Shown piece by piece: positions 59,519 to 64,000 of a DNA stretch of 64,000 nucleotides (the stretch's first letter is position 1; every line of letters starts with the position of its first letter). This stretch comes from Hydrolagus colliei (Eukaryota). A model generated the notes under the pieces. It ran no database searches. It was not told where the DNA came from and was given only the letters and a program-made list of their open reading frames with translations. Made by a program: the position numbers and the translations under genes. The stretch is from the NCBI GenBank assembly GCA_035084275.1, contig CM068755.1:13020001-13084000 (forward strand), written 5' to 3'.

Positions 59519-62500
59519 CACTGCCTGTCCCCTCACAGACTCTCAAGGACTCAGACAATCTCGTTTTGTAAATAGAACTGTGCTTTATATTTCTCTATTA
59601 CCTCGAGCTGGCCGTATCAATAATGCAGGAAACGCATCTGTCCAGTGAGATGAGATTATTTTTCTGATTTCGGCTGACAGTTATGGTAATAGTTTGGCAA
59701 ACAATCTACTCCTTCGACAATGACCGCAGATTACAGCTGTTTTTAAATCTCAGCAGCTCATGAAAGCCAATGATTGATTAGACTCTTGGAACAGAAATCT
59801 ACAGCCTTCACATTTTTCCAAACTTTTAACCCTTTCTGTGCGCATTTGTGCCGTTGTTCTGCTGCGCCATTCACTTCTTTGCAACTGCAGACGTGGTTGG
59901 GATGGCATCTTTCATGTTTGGTTCTGTGTGTTTAATTTTCCACCTGATCTAGCCTTTACTTAGCAAAGTAGTCTTCTTCAAAAGATTGAGCAGGGGGTGA
60001 GGGGTGAGTTGAATAATGTTACATCTTGGGGTGCATCGGTTAAAGTGGTCCAATTCCTAACCGTCCTCCAACATGCAATCAGCCACCCTTCACATTGCAA
60101 GACATTCTAATTGGCACTATAGTGGTGACATTAAGATGTTAAGATTGCTCCCAACTATGACAAGCAGCCTGGAGTGACAAGTTATCCTCTGGGACTCAGA
60201 TATGTGACCATCAATTTGCAAGCCCTGTGTTCTACTGCCATTGGTAGCAGACTACCGATTTTAGAAACAACAGCTCGAATGAGGCACTGCAGTAAATCAA
60301 GTGGATTACACACTGAATATTCCTGAGAGTATTATTAGCATCATTCTTATTCAGTAGGATTTGGGTTAAACCTTGATGTTGAGTGGACAACAGAGGGTTT
60401 ATTTGTGGAATAAAGAATCATAAAATGCTCCTATCCATTCTCCAACAGCATGTTGTATTGATATAACACCCTTCACGCAAAATAGTATCTCCGAGCAAAT
60501 AAAAAAAATTATTTTGATATGTGAGCTGTCCACTCAACTCACTGTATTTGCTGGTATAGTGGCCAGCTGTGAGCTAACTGTCTTACAATGTGCTTCACAT
60601 GGCATTTTAATGACCTCAACTGGCATGAGTTCTGCCCTATTTGTCAGGCAGAGTGCTGCCCGTAATAATGGATGCGGTTAAACCACAATGAAGGTGGGCC
60701 AGCAGTGGTATCAAAATTGTATCAAAACTGATAGCAATGGAGACCAAAAGGTAAGAATCAGGTGTCGGCTTGGAACAACACCTAATCTGGCCTTTTGTGA
60801 AACAGACCATCCCTGAGGTACAGAGCTATATCCCTGTTGCTGATCCTCATGAAACAGACAAGACTGGAAGACAGACAGCAGTATCCTTCACTCTGTTCAG
60901 AGCAAAGATGTACATAAGGTTACTGCCAGTGGAAGCAATTTTTTCTCGCCTGCTTGAAAATTGAGTCCCAGTTGAGTACATACGTCCAACTATTATGCTT
61001 AAATGGAGAAGCGAATTCAATTCAAACTGTGTCCCAACTGGATTAGATTCAGCTGTTTGTGAGTAAATAGTTCAAATCAGCCTCTCAATTCACTTTGGAT
61101 CTCGTCTCCATCAGCCTTGCACGAACTTCTAAACCTGGATCAGAAATCCCAGCATGTTGTAGGATTTTATCAAGCAACTTTTTAAAAATAATAGTCAATG
61201 GTTCATCCATTGAAGGTGGAGGAATTGATTGTAAATTGTGCTGCACCCGTGCTCTCAGATGCCTTCACCACTGTCGGAATTTTTTTTAAACCTTGCCATT
61301 AGCGAGGCTGAAAAAGTGTGGATTTTCTTTGTAGTTCGTGTGGCCACACATCACCTGAACCCAAGAGCAGATGGCTAGCGTGCTCCCAGGGCCAGGAGGT
61401 GCGAGTGAGCAGCTCAGCACCCGATCACCCTGTGTGGGCACTGGTGGTATCGGTGTTGGGGGTTGGAGTTGGACATCTGCTTGTTTCCTCAGTGTGGATT
61501 AAAAGTTGAACATTGATGCATCCACTTCATGCACTTTTTCTCAGCTTGGAATATCCAGAACCAGACTGCTCCTGGAACACACAGGACAAAGTACTGACTG
61601 CATTGCTCCTGAAAAATTTGCACATTGACATTTATCAAACATAAGTGCATCATCTTTTCCTTGAAACCAGGTTTACGTTGTACTATCCCATACACCAAAG
61701 CAAGCGAGCATGCGTGTATGGGAATCCAAGTCCAGCCTCTATTTTACTTTTTAAGTCTCATAACCACACCAACAACAAGTATGAGAATTGGAAAAAGTAT
61801 TTCTGAACCGCAGTTCTCAGCATGAGTGCTATGTTGCTAACTGATGCACTGCATACGGACATAATCAAAGCAAGTTTACAGCTAGAGGTTAAGGAGTGAA
61901 TAACTGCCATTCAAACATAATCTGAGTGAGAACTGAGCAATTCGTAGCTTTGATCTGGTCCAATTCAACCATCTAAATTTAAATTAGCTCTAGTTTCTGG
62001 CCTGGAGATTTAGACATCCTTAATGTTCAATGAACCAATTCCATAAGTGCTTGACCCTAGAATGAACTTGGTATTAAAGTCAACAAACCTATAGCTGCCA
62101 CCCTTGGCTCTTTAGTTGGGAGTGAGGCTTTATAAGCGCAAGGAGACATTCATGCTATAACTTTATTGAAATACAGAAAGGTGTAATTATTCTTAAGGAG
62201 TGAAAACAGAGAAACAGGGCGTCCAACAATAAAATAGTAAGAATTGGCAGGTTTACAAATCCCATCAGGTATTCTCGTACTTTCTTTTCGTGATTGATTT
62301 AATGTACTCGCCAAGTGTATTGTAAGGCATGGTAAGTTCATAACTCAGTAGATTGTCTTCATTGCACATTCGCAAAATATTAACCCAAATTGAATCTCAC
62401 TCCAACCTGCTTAAGGGATTGTCTCCAGCTGTTAATGATGATATTCACATGTCTCTTCCCATAAGCACGTATCATTTGAGTTCACTACACTTAGCATCGT

Positions 62501-63861
62501 GATGAACCTCTAGCAAAATAGATTACTTTGGGGGTCAAAAGCTTTCAGTTATACTGCTAAGAAATAGCAGATCTTCTGTTGTTATGCCTCTGAGATTTCT
62601 TAGGACCTTGAATCTACCAAAGGTTCCGTTGCATCTGAATTAAGGATTGCCAGAAAACTCAACAGGTTGTTCTAACAGAACAAAGACAAATTGAGTTAGG
62701 ATAAGTGCTTTGCAAAGTTTTGTTCTAGATACCCTTAGAGTGAACGGCAGGCAGATATTAAAAGGGAAGACTACCACAGGAGATATTAAGTATTAAGTCT
62801 CTGTTTGCTCAATGATAACTCTTAGGCCATGTGAATGACTGCTGATGCTGGCAGTTCTATCTGGCAAAAGCAAACACAGAAATAACGTTATAAATGAGAA
62901 GTTCAGAACTCTGTGGTGGTGAGCAGAACATTTAGACTAATATATATTATAAGCGTTAGTGGTGCAGTGTTTAGTTTGCAGTAAGCAGATTTCCCTTTTT
63001 TATTTCCTCGTCCTCATCAAATCCTTTTTGCTTCTCCTTCCTTCCTGCTTCTTTATTCTTTTGTCCTTTGTTATAACAGTCATTGATCTATCTAATTCAT
63101 CACTTTAGGGAGTACAATACAACATTAAGGATCACACTGCACAATTGAGTGTCTGCGTAACATGCCATGGAACAGAAGCCAGGATTGGTGTCACAGCCAA
63201 AAAACCTTAATCAAGATTTTCTTTTGTAGCTTGAAAGAAAATATGACCATTATCTCAGAAAGTATATTAAAACGATACGAGATGCAGAGCACATAAATAT
63301 ACTGGCTTCTCCAAAATAACTGGGGTTTGACACTTTGATTATAAGCAGTAGCCAAGATGACTGGGTGGGATAGAAAGCCAGTTATCTGGTATTCTGTGGC
63401 ACATCACCAACATGCAGTTCCATTAACCTGTACTTACAGTCCAAAAATGGGCTGTTAGATCCTGTACTAGCGTTTGGCTTTGCTATAAGAAATTCAGTGC
63501 AGAAGGAAGCTTCAGGATAGGTATCGAAAGGCGATCCGACCTGGGTGATACAAAAGTAAGTGGGTAATAAAGCCACAGATTAACAATGGAGCAGGAGGAA
63601 AGGTCAAGCCTGATATTCTAACCAAAGTGGTACAGGCAAGAGTTTATTTGAAAGGGAGCCTCAGAAAAGGTAGTCAAGATCAGGCATTACTGTAAGTACA
63701 AGGAGCTGGCTCCTTGCTACAATTCAAAAGCACAATTCAAAGGTTTAGACACATGTGTACTTTTTTTTTAATCGTGTTCAAGATTGTACATATTGAAGTA
63801 AAAATGGTCATTCACTGCATGGCTGTTTGTCATAGTGCTTTGTTCTGTGGCTGCTACATAT

Positions 63862-63922
63862 CAATAACAACTTCGATTTATATTGCGCCCTCCACGCCCG
63901 GACGGCGTCTCAGAGGGCTTTA
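63862..63922 (-). mobile_element. L2-type 3' tail
   Basis: ATAACAACTTCGATTTATATTGCGCCCTCCACGCCCGGACGGCGTCTCAGAGGGCTTTACA, antisense of the tail at 32057-32127. Confidence 0.78.
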
Positions 63923-64000
63923 CATAACACAGTCATTACACTTCACAGTAAAACCGATGAAATGGGTCTAATCTACAAGATTCCTTAAAAAAGACGAGGG

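Noticed and set aside
1-64000. CRISPR arrays, operons or other prokaryotic systems
   Set aside because: The sequence is vertebrate-like; the recurring repeats are dispersed SINE/LINE tails, not regularly spaced repeat-spacer arrays

Overview
This is AT-rich eukaryotic DNA, almost certainly vertebrate and most likely from a cartilaginous fish. That inference rests on SacSINE1/DeuSINE-like SINEs, shark-type CR1 3' ends and a shark-type Penelope repeat. I can find no intact protein-coding gene; the window looks like a long intron or gene desert. It is dominated by decayed retroelements: many copies of a tRNA-Val-headed DeuSINE-like SINE, older SacSINE1-like copies, and L2 and CR1 LINE 3' fragments. 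A Penelope-like insertion with a minimal hammerhead-ribozyme core is nested in a CR1. Two non-autonomous hAT-type elements with 8-bp TSDs lie in opposite orientation. Repeat-free blocks resemble conserved non-coding/regulatory DNA, especially 46.9-50.3 kb, which includes a TATA/CCAAT candidate first exon on the minus strand. Several microexon-like splice-site pairs and a decayed 9-bp-periodic (Gly-X-Y-like) segment are the main unexplained signals. Repeat family names are assigned from recalled consensus features, not from a database search, and repeat boundaries are approximate unless a TSD is given.
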